Below are positions 17,001 to 24,461 of a stretch of 43,330 bases of DNA, in pieces. The notes under the pieces are model-generated. The model saw only the letters and a program-made list of their open reading frames with translations. It was not told where the DNA came from and ran no database searches. The stretch is from an uncultured Ectothiorhodospiraceae bacterium. GTDB taxonomy: Bacteria > Pseudomonadota > Gammaproteobacteria > CAYQDX01. The position numbers and the translations under genes are program-made. The stretch is taken from the NCBI GenBank assembly GCA_964416345.1, contig CAYQDX010000002.1, positions 1 to 43,330 of the forward strand, in the 5' to 3' direction. How positions within the stretch are numbered: the stretch's first letter is position 1; each line of letters begins with the position of its first letter.

Positions 17001-17493
17001 CACCAACATGGAGATCTACTGGGATCGCATCAGCGTGGTCTACGCCGAGCCTGCACCTGAGGTGCGCGTCGCGCGGTTACCCCTCACGGCGGCGCGTCTG
17101 GCCAAGACCGGATTTGCGCTGCGCACCACCGGGCCCCAGCGCCGGCCTGACTACGACTATGACCGACGCAGTCCTTTCTGGGACTCCCGCTACCTCAGCG
17201 GCTGGTACACCCGGCTGGGATCCGTGCAGGCGCTGGTGGCGAAAGCCGATGATGCGGTGGCCATCGTCGGCCCGGGCGACGAGGTGCAGCTGAGCTACAC
17301 GGCGCCCGTTGGGCCGCTGCCTCGCGGGTGGACTCGGCGCCTGGTGCTGGAGGCCCGGGGATGGGCCAAGGATCGGGACCTCTATACCAAGGATGGGGGG
17401 ACCGTCGGGCCGTTGCCGACCAGCGGTCGGGGCGGAGCGCGGCGCGAGGAGCTACATCGGCGGTATAACACCCGTTTCCAGGCGGGGACCTGA
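14089..17493 (+). CDS. Lipoprotein with TPR repeats, FG-GAP/VCBS repeats, ASPIC/UnbV domain (CRTAC1-like) and a ~410-aa unassigned C-terminal module
   Basis: From ORF 14050..17493. The preferred start is the ATG at 14089, giving MRPVLVCIVLLLSLAAC with a LAAC lipobox. TPR-like helices follow (YYLGQCLAQLSKYGEALAQYRRALTLDP). Repeated DxDxDGxxD(L/V) FG-GAP calcium-type loops are present (GDFDNDGLVDVYL, DADHDGDLDIYV, VDLDGDLDLDLVV). An UnbV_ASPIC-like stretch reads RSNASGLGARVAVRV...GVAVGLG. Confidence 0.8.
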   Translation: MRPVLVCIVLLLSLAACSGPPEGQSQRQPGGARDHAAAPGAVAARSRPVGPDAEAIAANNHGVGLMGKFDYPAAYDVFNRLAQRYPDWLEVQVNRAIATLNRQQEGDEAAALGMVDQVLAKEPGNLRANYVAGLLRLYLASPQQAVTHFQRVAEADPKDAYAAYYLGQCLAQLSKYGEALAQYRRALTLDPYLRSAYYGAFQTLQRLHKTAAARTLIGDYQRLANNPRARLAELKYTRMGPKAEALAVDLPAPVPVPRPGGEVFTGAAGLPIDGGAALGWAKHQAADRSASVTAVDLQGDGYLDLFVAGALAGAPGPNLVLEGSATGTFKVVQGWPLSGVDHVSAALWGDFDNDGLVDVYLCRRGANQLWRQASKGKWEDVTAKAGVAGGDHETLGGTVLDADHDGDLDIYVINADGPGELYNNNLDGTFRPLAASQGIGGSAKGARQVLPVDLDGDLDLDLVVFNAAAPNDVYLNDRMWVYREASGYDALRKASVLAAVAGDADADGMPEIYTLSRDGTVRRWGAGFGGTWQGQNLPELAGPLPEDGGARLALLDVDGDGTPELLRATADGWLAGRLGAGDRQILYRAQADLAGWAPVLLQPGKGPEVIGLQAAGGLQHWAPGPGRYPFLGLTLTGMEDSGASMRSNASGLGARVAVRVDSRWSIASSLPQSSGPGQSLQGVAVGLGGAPKADFVAIDWSDGVYQSELDLQAGESHRISETQRQLSSCPVLFAWDGKHFAFVSDLLGVGGLGYALGPGEYAPSRPWENFLLPRDLAQPRGGRYELKISEPMEEVAYLDAASLRVYDLPPGWDLVLDERMGTGDPEPTGAPWLYRAELLPRSARNERGEDVTAAVLRADGRAAPPGALDRRFIGRLAGTHVLTLELPSALDAHAGKPVLVMDGWVEYPYSQTMVAAWQAGAAYHSPALEARGADGRWHTLLREFGYPAGMPRRMSVPLAGLPAGTRALRLRTNMEIYWDRISVVYAEPAPEVRVARLPLTAARLAKTGFALRTTGPQRRPDYDYDRRSPFWDSRYLSGWYTRLGSVQALVAKADDAVAIVGPGDEVQLSYTAPVGPLPRGWTRRLVLEARGWAKDRDLYTKDGGTVGPLPTSGRGGARREELHRRYNTRFQAGT

Positions 17494-17494
17494 G

Positions 17495-17520
17495 GCGGGC
17501 GCCGCCATCCGGGCGCCCGC
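17495..17520. terminator. GC-rich hairpin between convergent gene ends (possible bidirectional terminator)
   Basis: GCGGGCGCC (17495-17503) pairs perfectly with GGCGCCCGC (17512-17520) across an 8-nt loop. It lies between stop 17493 (+) and stop 17529 (-). There is no U-tract on either side. Confidence 0.4.
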
Positions 17521-17528
17521 ACGCAGAC

Positions 17529-17774
17529 TCAGCCGTGGTGATTCTTCAGCATGAAATAGAGCTGATCCTTGAGGTGGACGCGGCGCTTCTTGAGATCCTC
17601 CGCGTAGAAATCTGACACCGGCTCGACGTTCTGCTCGATCTTGAGTATCTCATCGTCCAGGGCCTCGTACTCCTCATAGAGGCGGGCGAATTCCCCGTCG
17701 CTGTCGCGGAGCTGCTGGATCACATCCCGATACTCCGGGAACTCGTGGGGAAGGTCGTGGCGTTCGCCAAACAT
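17529..17774 (-). CDS. DUF465 (YdcH-like) small protein
   Basis: From ORF 17529..17813, trimmed to the ATG at 17774 (AAGGAAA SD). MFGERHDLPHEFPEYRDVIQQLRDSDGEFARLYEEYEALDDEI is the DUF465 pattern. Confidence 0.8.
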   Translation of the reverse strand: MFGERHDLPHEFPEYRDVIQQLRDSDGEFARLYEEYEALDDEILKIEQNVEPVSDFYAEDLKKRRVHLKDQLYFMLKNHHG

Positions 17775-18147
17775 GTCGGGTTTCCTTCTAGCTCGTATTG
17801 ACTGGCCCGGCAATGGGCGCGTAGCAATCCGCGGGCAATCTTAACCCCCGCATCGCCGGCGCGCCAGACACCGAGGGGCGTGCCGCCTCAGCAGGCGGCG
17901 AGAGTCGAGCTCAGGAAAAGTAAATCATTGCGAAAGTCCTTGCATGGGGTCGAAGCGACCGTCGGCGGGAGGGGGTCCGCCGTCAAGCTTACAGGGACGT
18001 ACTTGCAGCGTGTCGCGGAGGCCCCATGCAAGAACTTTCCGGACGATTGATAGGTCAGGCGGGAGACGGCGGGCCTGCCGCCGGGCGCCGCGAGCTCATT
18101 GTGATACGGGGGCACACCGGTGCGGTCGGAAACACTTCTGCGAGGGG

Positions 18148-18190
18148 GACCGGGGCGGGCGGCGCGGTGGCACCCGCCCGCGGCCCGGTC
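18148..18190 (-). terminator. Bulged GC-rich hairpin downstream of the His-rich gene
   Basis: GACCGGG-G-CGGGCGG ... CCGCCCG-CGG-CCCGGTC forms 7+7 bp with a bulge, 19 nt after the stop at 18209 on the minus strand. There is no clear U-tract. Confidence 0.35.
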
Positions 18191-18208
18191 GCCTCGCCGC
18201 AGTCTTGC

Positions 18209-18517
18209 TCAATGACGGCGGTGGATGCGGAAGTCCCGGTGGCCATGGCCGCGATGATGGTAATTGTCGTCGTAGCGGCGATGGTGGTGGCGGTGGTGGC
18301 GGTGGTGCGGCCGGTAGTCGTCATAGTAGTAGTAGCTACCACGCAGCGGCCACAGCTCGTCCAGGTAGTAATCCCCGCGATAGGAGCGGCTGATGGGATA
18401 GACGACAGTGGGATCGCTGAAGAACACACCCGCCTCGGCGCTGCTCGGCAGCGCCATGCCGGCGCCGAGCAGCAGCGCGGTCAAGGGCAGGGCGGCAGTC
18501 AGGACTTTCTTGCTCAT
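18209..18517 (-). CDS. Small secreted His/Tyr/Arg/Asp-rich protein (possible periplasmic metal-binding protein)
   Basis: A strong GGAGGTG SD precedes the ATG at 18517. The signal peptide is MSKKVLTAALPLTALLLGAGMALPSSAEA|G. The mature part ends ...YYYYDDYRPHHRHHRHHHRRYDDNYHHRGHGHRDFRIHRRH. I recognise no family. Confidence 0.65.
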   Translation of the reverse strand: MSKKVLTAALPLTALLLGAGMALPSSAEAGVFFSDPTVVYPISRSYRGDYYLDELWPLRGSYYYYDDYRPHHRHHRHHHRRYDDNYHHRGHGHRDFRIHRRH

Positions 18518-18766
18518 GATACACCTCCGGTTGATCGGGTTGGTTGGCGGTAATCCGTAGCTTCACTATAGGGCGGGCAAGCTGAACTCAAACTGAATGG
18601 GCGTCAAATGTTGCGGGTGGGCATGAGTGCCGGCCATTGCGTGACACAATCCCTTGTTTTGTACCCACATCGGCGGCACTATCCCGGTCTGCGAGCCTCC
18701 CGGCCGCGCGCCCGCGTCATGGGCGCATCGTTCCAAATGACCCTATCTACGAAGAGGAAGTCGACG

Positions 18767-19276
18767 ATGAGAACTGCGATGAGACCTTGGACCATGCCGT
18801 GTGCCTCCGCCCTGGTCGCCCTCATGATTGGCGCCGGCAGTGCAGGTGCAGCACAGACCCACGACCTTACCATGACGGGCTCCGGGATCGTGACCACCGA
18901 GACCACCGCGGACTGCGAGATCTCCGGCGACGGCTGCGTCATGGACATTAGCGGCAGCTTGATCGGACAGAGCGTCGGCAGCAGCAGCTTTGCCGCGACG
19001 CTGACGACCTACTGGCTGGGCACCCCGGACAGCTCTCAGTGCGCCCCCGCCACTGGCGTCCTCACGGTCACCGCTGCCAACAACGCCACGGTCTCGGTCG
19101 TCCTCAACGGCTTGACCTGCGATATTGACGACGACGTCTCGGCCCAGACCTTCGACGGCAGCTTTTACGTCACCGGCAGCACCGGCAACCTCAGCGGTCT
19201 GACGGGCACGGGAAGCCTTACGATCGGCTGGGCGCTCTCCGGTGATGTGAAGCTGCTGCTGCACCTGGTGTACTGA
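18767..19276 (+). CDS. Hypothetical secreted protein (Thr/Ser/Gly-rich, 5 Cys in the predicted mature part)
   Basis: From ORF 18608..19276, trimmed to the ATG at 18767 (GAGGAAG SD, 7-nt spacing). The signal-like N-terminus is MRTAMRPWTMPCASALVALMIGAGSAGAAQ. I recognise no family. Confidence 0.55.
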   Translation: MRTAMRPWTMPCASALVALMIGAGSAGAAQTHDLTMTGSGIVTTETTADCEISGDGCVMDISGSLIGQSVGSSSFAATLTTYWLGTPDSSQCAPATGVLTVTAANNATVSVVLNGLTCDIDDDVSAQTFDGSFYVTGSTGNLSGLTGTGSLTIGWALSGDVKLLLHLVY

Positions 19277-19277
19277 A

Positions 19278-19466
19278 GTGAAGTCGGCGGCGAGCCCGAC
19301 ATTGCTGGACCGCCTGATCGACATAGGGGCCAATCTCAGCCACGCGGCCTTCGATCCGGACCTGGACGCGGTGGTGGGTCGGGCACTGGCGGCGGCCATA
19401 GAATTGGACCCGGCCACCGTGGCCGCTACCACGCAGACCGCGTACCGGTTCCTCGGCCTGCCCTGA
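19278..19466 (+). pseudogene. TatD-family hydrolase N-terminal remnant
   Basis: LIDIGANLSHAAFDPDLDAVVGRALAAA parallels the E. coli TatD N-terminus (FDIGVNLTSSQFAKDRDDVVACAFDAG). The reading frame ends after 62 codons, whereas TatD proteins are ~260 aa. The following DNA is occupied by the convergent HAD gene. Confidence 0.4.
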
Positions 19467-19478
19467 GGGCGCGGCGCC

Positions 19479-20240
19479 TCAGCGCTGTGCCAGCAGCCAG
19501 CCCACGGTGGCGCCGATGTCATCCAGCACCACCGCCCCTGGAAGCGCGATGCGCCGCTCGTCCCCAGGCTGATACTTGCCGGTGCGCACTAGGATGCTCT
19601 GCATGCCGGCGGCCAGGGCCCCCTGGACGTCCGACAGGGCATCGTCGCCGACCATCACCACCTCCTCCGGCGCCACGCCCATGCTCTGGGCGGCGGCATG
19701 GAAGAAGCTCGCCGCCGGCTTGCCCAGCACGGTGGCTTTCACGCCGCTGGCGTACTCCAAGGCGGCGACGAAGGGGCCCGCGTCCAGGCTGAGGCCGTCG
19801 GCCTCCTTGAAGTATCGGGTGTCCGCCATGGCGTAAAGGGACGCACCCGCCATGAGCAGTCGGAACGCGGTGTTGAGCCGCCCGTAGGTGAAGGCCTCTC
19901 CGGCGTCGCCCACCAGGACGGCGTCCCAGGGACCCGAATCCTCGGCGCCGACCTCCGATTGGAGGTCCGGATGCACGATGAGGTATGGGCGCAAGCCCCG
20001 GGCCTGGATGTGGGAAAGGGCCGCCTCGGGCGCGGTGTAGAGTGTCTCGGGGTCGAGCGTCAAGCCCATCTTCACCAGCTTGCTCAAGATGGCGGACCTG
20101 GGGCTGCGGGTGGTGTTGGTAATATAGCGCAGCGGGATTCCCGTGGCGCTCAGCTCGGCGACCGCCTCCAGAGCGCCGGGCAGGCGCTGGGTCCCCACAT
20201 AGAGCACACCGCTAAGGTCGAGCAGCACACCGCGGATCAT
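19479..20240 (-). CDS. HAD-superfamily subfamily IIA hydrolase
   Basis: MIRGVLLDLSGVLYVG (DxSG motif I), ...RYITNTT (motif II region) and ...MVGDDALSDVQGA (motif IV) match the HAD-IIA (LHPP/NagD-like) pattern. Confidence 0.85.
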   Translation of the reverse strand: MIRGVLLDLSGVLYVGTQRLPGALEAVAELSATGIPLRYITNTTRSPRSAILSKLVKMGLTLDPETLYTAPEAALSHIQARGLRPYLIVHPDLQSEVGAEDSGPWDAVLVGDAGEAFTYGRLNTAFRLLMAGASLYAMADTRYFKEADGLSLDAGPFVAALEYASGVKATVLGKPAASFFHAAAQSMGVAPEEVVMVGDDALSDVQGALAAGMQSILVRTGKYQPGDERRIALPGAVVLDDIGATVGWLLAQR

Positions 20241-20297
20241 GCCAGGCTCCCCGAGCTTGCAACGCCTGCCCCTACCGTCTAGCCGACAGCCGCCGGC

Positions 20298-23200
20298 TCA
20301 TCGGAACACCTCGGAGAATGGCTGAGCCGCGCCGATGCCGTTGCCCTGGGCGTAGTCCACGCCAATCTCCCGCAGGCGATCCAGGATGGCGTCGTTCTCC
20401 ACGTACTCGGCGACGGTGCGCTTGCCCATAAAATGTGCGATGTCATTGATGGACGTCACCAGCGCATAGTCGTGATCGTCCGTGGCGATGTCACGCACGA
20501 ACATGCCGTCGATCTTCAGGTAATCTACCGGCAGATTGCGCAGGTATGAGTAGGAGCTCTGGCCGCTGCCGAAATCGTCCAGTGCAAACCGGCAGCCCAG
20601 CTCCCGCACGGTGCGTATGAACTGAATGGCACGGTCGAAATTGACGATGGCCACCGTTTCGGTGATCTCGAAGCACAGCTTGCTCGCCGGCACCTTGGTC
20701 GCCATGAGCAGGCCGACCACGAACTGCAGAAACCCGGGGTCGTTGAGGGAGTGCCCCGACAGATTGATCGAGAAGCCGTCCAGCGCCTCCAGGCGCCGGC
20801 GGCTGTCCGCCATCCACGCCAGCATTCGGCTGACCACCCAGCGATCCAATGCCCCCATGCGACTGTAGATCTCGGCGGCAGGCAGGAACTGACCGGGCAG
20901 TACGAGGCTGTCATTCTCACCCATCATGCCGATCAGCACTTCGTAGTGAGGCAATGCCTCGGTGCCGCGCTGCACTGGGACGATGCGCTGGCAGCGCAGG
21001 CGTAGCAGGTTGTGGTCCAGCGCCTTGTTGAGCCGTGTGACCCATTCGAGCTGCTCCCGGCGGCGGGCGATGTCGGCGTCGTCGGCCTCGTAGACCTGTA
21101 CGCGATCGCGCCCTGCCTCCTTGGCGGCGAAGCAGGCGGCGTCCGCGGCCCGCAGGACATCGGTCACGCTGGTGGAGGCGGCGGAGACGGCCACCATGCC
21201 GATGCTGGCGCTCATTGAAAAGTGGCGCTCGTCGCGCAGGAATCGGTGCTCCCGAACCACCGAGCGCTGCCGCTCGGCAAAGCCGAGGGCCTCCTGCGGG
21301 TCACAATTCTCGATCAGGCTACAGAACTCATCACCGCCCATCCGGGCGACCGTGCCGCCCGGCCCTGCCTCCGCCTGCAGCAGGTCGCCGATCTGCTGCA
21401 GTAGCTCGTCACCGGCCTGATGGCCGCAGGTGTGGTTGATGACCTTGAACTGATCCAGGTCCAGATAGGTCAGGGCCGCCGGCACACCGTGCTCCCGTGC
21501 GCGCAGCAGCGCCGCATCCAGCCTCCGCTCCAGCTCCTGCCGGTTATGCAAGCCGGTGAGCTTGTCGTGGCCGGCCTGATACACCAGCTTGTCGTGGAGA
21601 TTCTGGACCATCAGATACATCGAGCGATCCACCAGGGGCAGGTCCGCTCCATGGAGCAGCGCGGCCCTGCCGCTGGCGTTGCTCGCCGCCAGCTCGCGCC
21701 CGCTGACCTCCACCGCCTTTACCCCGCGATGGTCCACGAACACTAAACTCCTCCGGTCTTCGTCCATCCAGATGAGCTGCAGGCGCTGCTGGCCCGCCGG
21801 ACGCCCTGGGAACAGCATCCAGTCGCCCACCTGAAGCAGCGATACCGGATCCAGCTGGCCGGCCGGTATGGGAGCGCTCTCCGTCGTGGCAGCGCCGGGC
21901 GCCTCGGCCGGTGCGCTGGGATGTGCCTCCAGATAGCGCGCAATTCCGGCCGGGTCTCCGCGCAGGCGTCGCTGCAGGGCATCCAGCAAGGCCGTACGAC
22001 GACCGGGAGCGCTGGATACCGTCGCCAGGCCCTGGTCTATGGCCGACAGCAGCAAGGCATCGTCCTCGTCCCCGACATCCTCCTGCGCCAGGCGAGCGGA
22101 CAGGCGGTCCAGAACCTCCACATGACCGTTCCAGGACTCACTCGGGGCGCCGTCCCGCAGATAGACCAGCACGAGAAGCTCGGCCCAGCCGGCGCCCAAG
22201 AGCGCCTCGATCTCCGGCGGTACCTCTCCGCCCGCAGATTGGTGGCGCACCTCCGCGTCTACCCGGCGACGCGCTCGAATCAATCGGTCTTTGCCCTCGC
22301 AGGCACTCACCACGCGCTCGACGTTTCTGGCGAAGGCGGCGTCCTGGACCGCAACCAGGGGATCCAGCAAGCCGGCAAGCTCGCTGAAGACCCCCTCATG
22401 GTCGCCCAGGCGGTGCGCGGCCAGCTCGATGGCGTGCAGCAGTTCAACATAGGGCCTGCCGGCAGGACCGCTCGTCTTCAGGCTGAGGCGCCCCAGCCGA
22501 TCCAGCATCCGCCGTGCGGGATGGTGGTCGTCGCGCAGCGCCGTGGGCTCCACCAGGGTCAGCTTCAACAACGGTAGCGCAAGGGCAGCGAGTGGCTCGC
22601 GGTCTTCGGCCTGTAGGTCCGGATTGTCCAAGACCGTGTTAATCAGGGCTTCGGTCACCGCGACCGCAGCAAGCTCGCCTTCACCCAGGGTGGCCGTGCC
22701 TGGCTCCGCGTCCGGATTCAACACTCGTTGCAGGGCGCCTTGTAGATCGATGCGCGGGATGGCCGGACTGAGTCCGAGCTCTGCGGCGCTGAGCTGTTGC
22801 AATTGTAGGCTGCCGATGGCATCCAGCAGATCTTGCTGGCCAAGCGGCCGCGGGCCGGCCGAGGCCGCAACATCGACTTCGGCGTGAGCGGCGGATGCCG
22901 TGGTGCCCTGGCCGACATGTAGACCGAGCAAGCTTGCCGCCAGGGCGTATGCTTCGGCGACGGAATCATAGGAGACACCGTCGCCGGTCGCAGGAGCCAC
23001 GGGCGGCCGCGTCGCGGGGGGCGGGCGGGGTGCGGCATGGCGGGCTGGGCCCCGGGGACGGCCGGCGGTCGCCTCCGTGGGCAGGGTGGGCAAGACCCCC
23101 GCCTTGACCAGCGCCTGGTTGATCTCCTGGTAGACCGCGCCGAGTCCGGCGCTCACCACTTCGTCGAATACCTCGTAGAGAACTCGCCGCACCGCGTGGT

Positions 23201-24032
23201 CGGCAATAATGGGCTGCGCCGCCTCGCGAAATGCGCCCAGAATGATCTTAGGACCGATCGGATTGTGCTCTTTGTCCAGCGGACCGCCGCCAAGCAGGGC
23301 ACCGAGTCGATGGGCGAGGCCCTGGAGCTGTCCGCGGTGACGGAGCTCCGCTCGGGCAATGAGCTCGGATACGCTCAGCCAGTCCTCGAAATCATCCTCC
23401 TCGACCAGGCTCAAGCTCCCATCCGAGTCGGCCTTTGCCATAGGCGTTTCGGGGGGCGCTTGGAATTCGCTGGTGCGTCGTGACAGAGCCGCTCTGAACG
23501 CGGCCTCCAGCGCCGCTCGGCTGCGCCGCAAGGCCGGAATGCCATCGATGTAGCGGCGGTTCTCCCGGTCGCTACGAGCCCGCTCCGCCGCCTCGAACAG
23601 GCGCGTTTCGGCGGTCGCGAACAGCTCGCCCAGGCGCGCCCCGATGCGCTCCTGCGCCAGGCGCAGGTAGGGCGCGAGCGCCGCGGATGTCGGCCGGCGA
23701 GCGCGCCCCTGCTCGGAGGCAAGCTCCTGCAGCACCTGCAGGGTCTCGGAATTCGGTTTCACGAAGCTGACGCCCAAGCCGCCGGCAAATGCCCGGGCGA
23801 CCCGCGCTTGGAGCTGCCGGCCGCGGCGGATGCCGGGACGCGGGTCGGTGAAGCGGATCGCGAGCAGTGTCCCTCGGCCCAGACGGGGTCCCGGACCCGC
23901 CGCCTCGGGGAGCCCGATGAACATGCCGCCCCGGCAGAAATCGCGCACGCGGCAGCCCGCGATCTGCGCGTGCCCATGAGTCAGGGTCACCTCCAGGGAC
24001 AAAGGCTGCCGTGGGTAAGCGCGTCGCTCCAT
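20298..24032 (-). CDS. PilZ - DUF1631 - GGDEF - EAL multidomain c-di-GMP signalling protein
   Basis: From ORF 20298..24329, trimmed to the ATG at 24032 (MERRAYPRQPL...). The N-terminus carries RAYPR (RxxxR) and DFCRGG (a DxSxxG-like PilZ motif). LFEAAERARSDRENRRYIDGIPALRRSRAALEAAF is DUF1631-like. The GGDEF motif is intact (ARMGGDEF, 21324-21338). The EAL domain has EVL (20934-20942), plus DDFGSG and ALDDF-type motifs. Confidence 0.85.
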   Translation of the reverse strand: MERRAYPRQPLSLEVTLTHGHAQIAGCRVRDFCRGGMFIGLPEAAGPGPRLGRGTLLAIRFTDPRPGIRRGRQLQARVARAFAGGLGVSFVKPNSETLQVLQELASEQGRARRPTSAALAPYLRLAQERIGARLGELFATAETRLFEAAERARSDRENRRYIDGIPALRRSRAALEAAFRAALSRRTSEFQAPPETPMAKADSDGSLSLVEEDDFEDWLSVSELIARAELRHRGQLQGLAHRLGALLGGGPLDKEHNPIGPKIILGAFREAAQPIIADHAVRRVLYEVFDEVVSAGLGAVYQEINQALVKAGVLPTLPTEATAGRPRGPARHAAPRPPPATRPPVAPATGDGVSYDSVAEAYALAASLLGLHVGQGTTASAAHAEVDVAASAGPRPLGQQDLLDAIGSLQLQQLSAAELGLSPAIPRIDLQGALQRVLNPDAEPGTATLGEGELAAVAVTEALINTVLDNPDLQAEDREPLAALALPLLKLTLVEPTALRDDHHPARRMLDRLGRLSLKTSGPAGRPYVELLHAIELAAHRLGDHEGVFSELAGLLDPLVAVQDAAFARNVERVVSACEGKDRLIRARRRVDAEVRHQSAGGEVPPEIEALLGAGWAELLVLVYLRDGAPSESWNGHVEVLDRLSARLAQEDVGDEDDALLLSAIDQGLATVSSAPGRRTALLDALQRRLRGDPAGIARYLEAHPSAPAEAPGAATTESAPIPAGQLDPVSLLQVGDWMLFPGRPAGQQRLQLIWMDEDRRSLVFVDHRGVKAVEVSGRELAASNASGRAALLHGADLPLVDRSMYLMVQNLHDKLVYQAGHDKLTGLHNRQELERRLDAALLRAREHGVPAALTYLDLDQFKVINHTCGHQAGDELLQQIGDLLQAEAGPGGTVARMGGDEFCSLIENCDPQEALGFAERQRSVVREHRFLRDERHFSMSASIGMVAVSAASTSVTDVLRAADAACFAAKEAGRDRVQVYEADDADIARRREQLEWVTRLNKALDHNLLRLRCQRIVPVQRGTEALPHYEVLIGMMGENDSLVLPGQFLPAAEIYSRMGALDRWVVSRMLAWMADSRRRLEALDGFSINLSGHSLNDPGFLQFVVGLLMATKVPASKLCFEITETVAIVNFDRAIQFIRTVRELGCRFALDDFGSGQSSYSYLRNLPVDYLKIDGMFVRDIATDDHDYALVTSINDIAHFMGKRTVAEYVENDAILDRLREIGVDYAQGNGIGAAQPFSEVFR

Positions 24033-24461
24033 CTGCCGTCCTATGTTGCGGGTCCGGGGAACGGACGCCCTGCAGGCGAGCCTGGCAGGGAAGGCACTGT
24101 CGCCCCGTCCACCTTGGAGCCCCCGCCCAGCGTCACCCGCGGACGGCAAGGAGCCATGCGGCGAAAGCACGTGCGGTTCTCCGCCGCGGCGCAGGCGCCT
24201 GCACTTCGGCGGTCCGGGGCATAACATTCCATGGCGCGTCTCCCTCGGGCACCTCGGATGGATCCTCGCGCGGCGGTCGGTCGCACCGGGGTCGGCGCGG
24301 GGGCGTACAGCCGCGCTCCGCCCTTGCATCGTGCAACGAGATCCCGTAGCTTCCCTAGCCCGTCAACCACCGCTGTCCTCTTGCGGGAGTTCTACCCCAG
24401 CCCGAGCCCAGAGGCAATGCTATCCCAATTCGCAGCGACCTATGGAGTCCGCTGGCCGAAG

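Noticed and set aside
18055-18429. Thr-rich 124-aa minus-strand ORF, with plus-strand ORFs 17944..18393 and 18026..18553
   Set aside because: These are alternative frames of the His/Tyr-codon triplet repeat of the His-rich gene. The His-rich frame alone has an SD and a signal peptide.
18743-19522. 259-aa minus-strand ORF spanning the small secreted-protein gene and the TatD remnant
   Set aside because: It has no SD and an Ala/Arg/Gly-rich composition. It overlaps a plus-strand gene that has a good SD and signal peptide.
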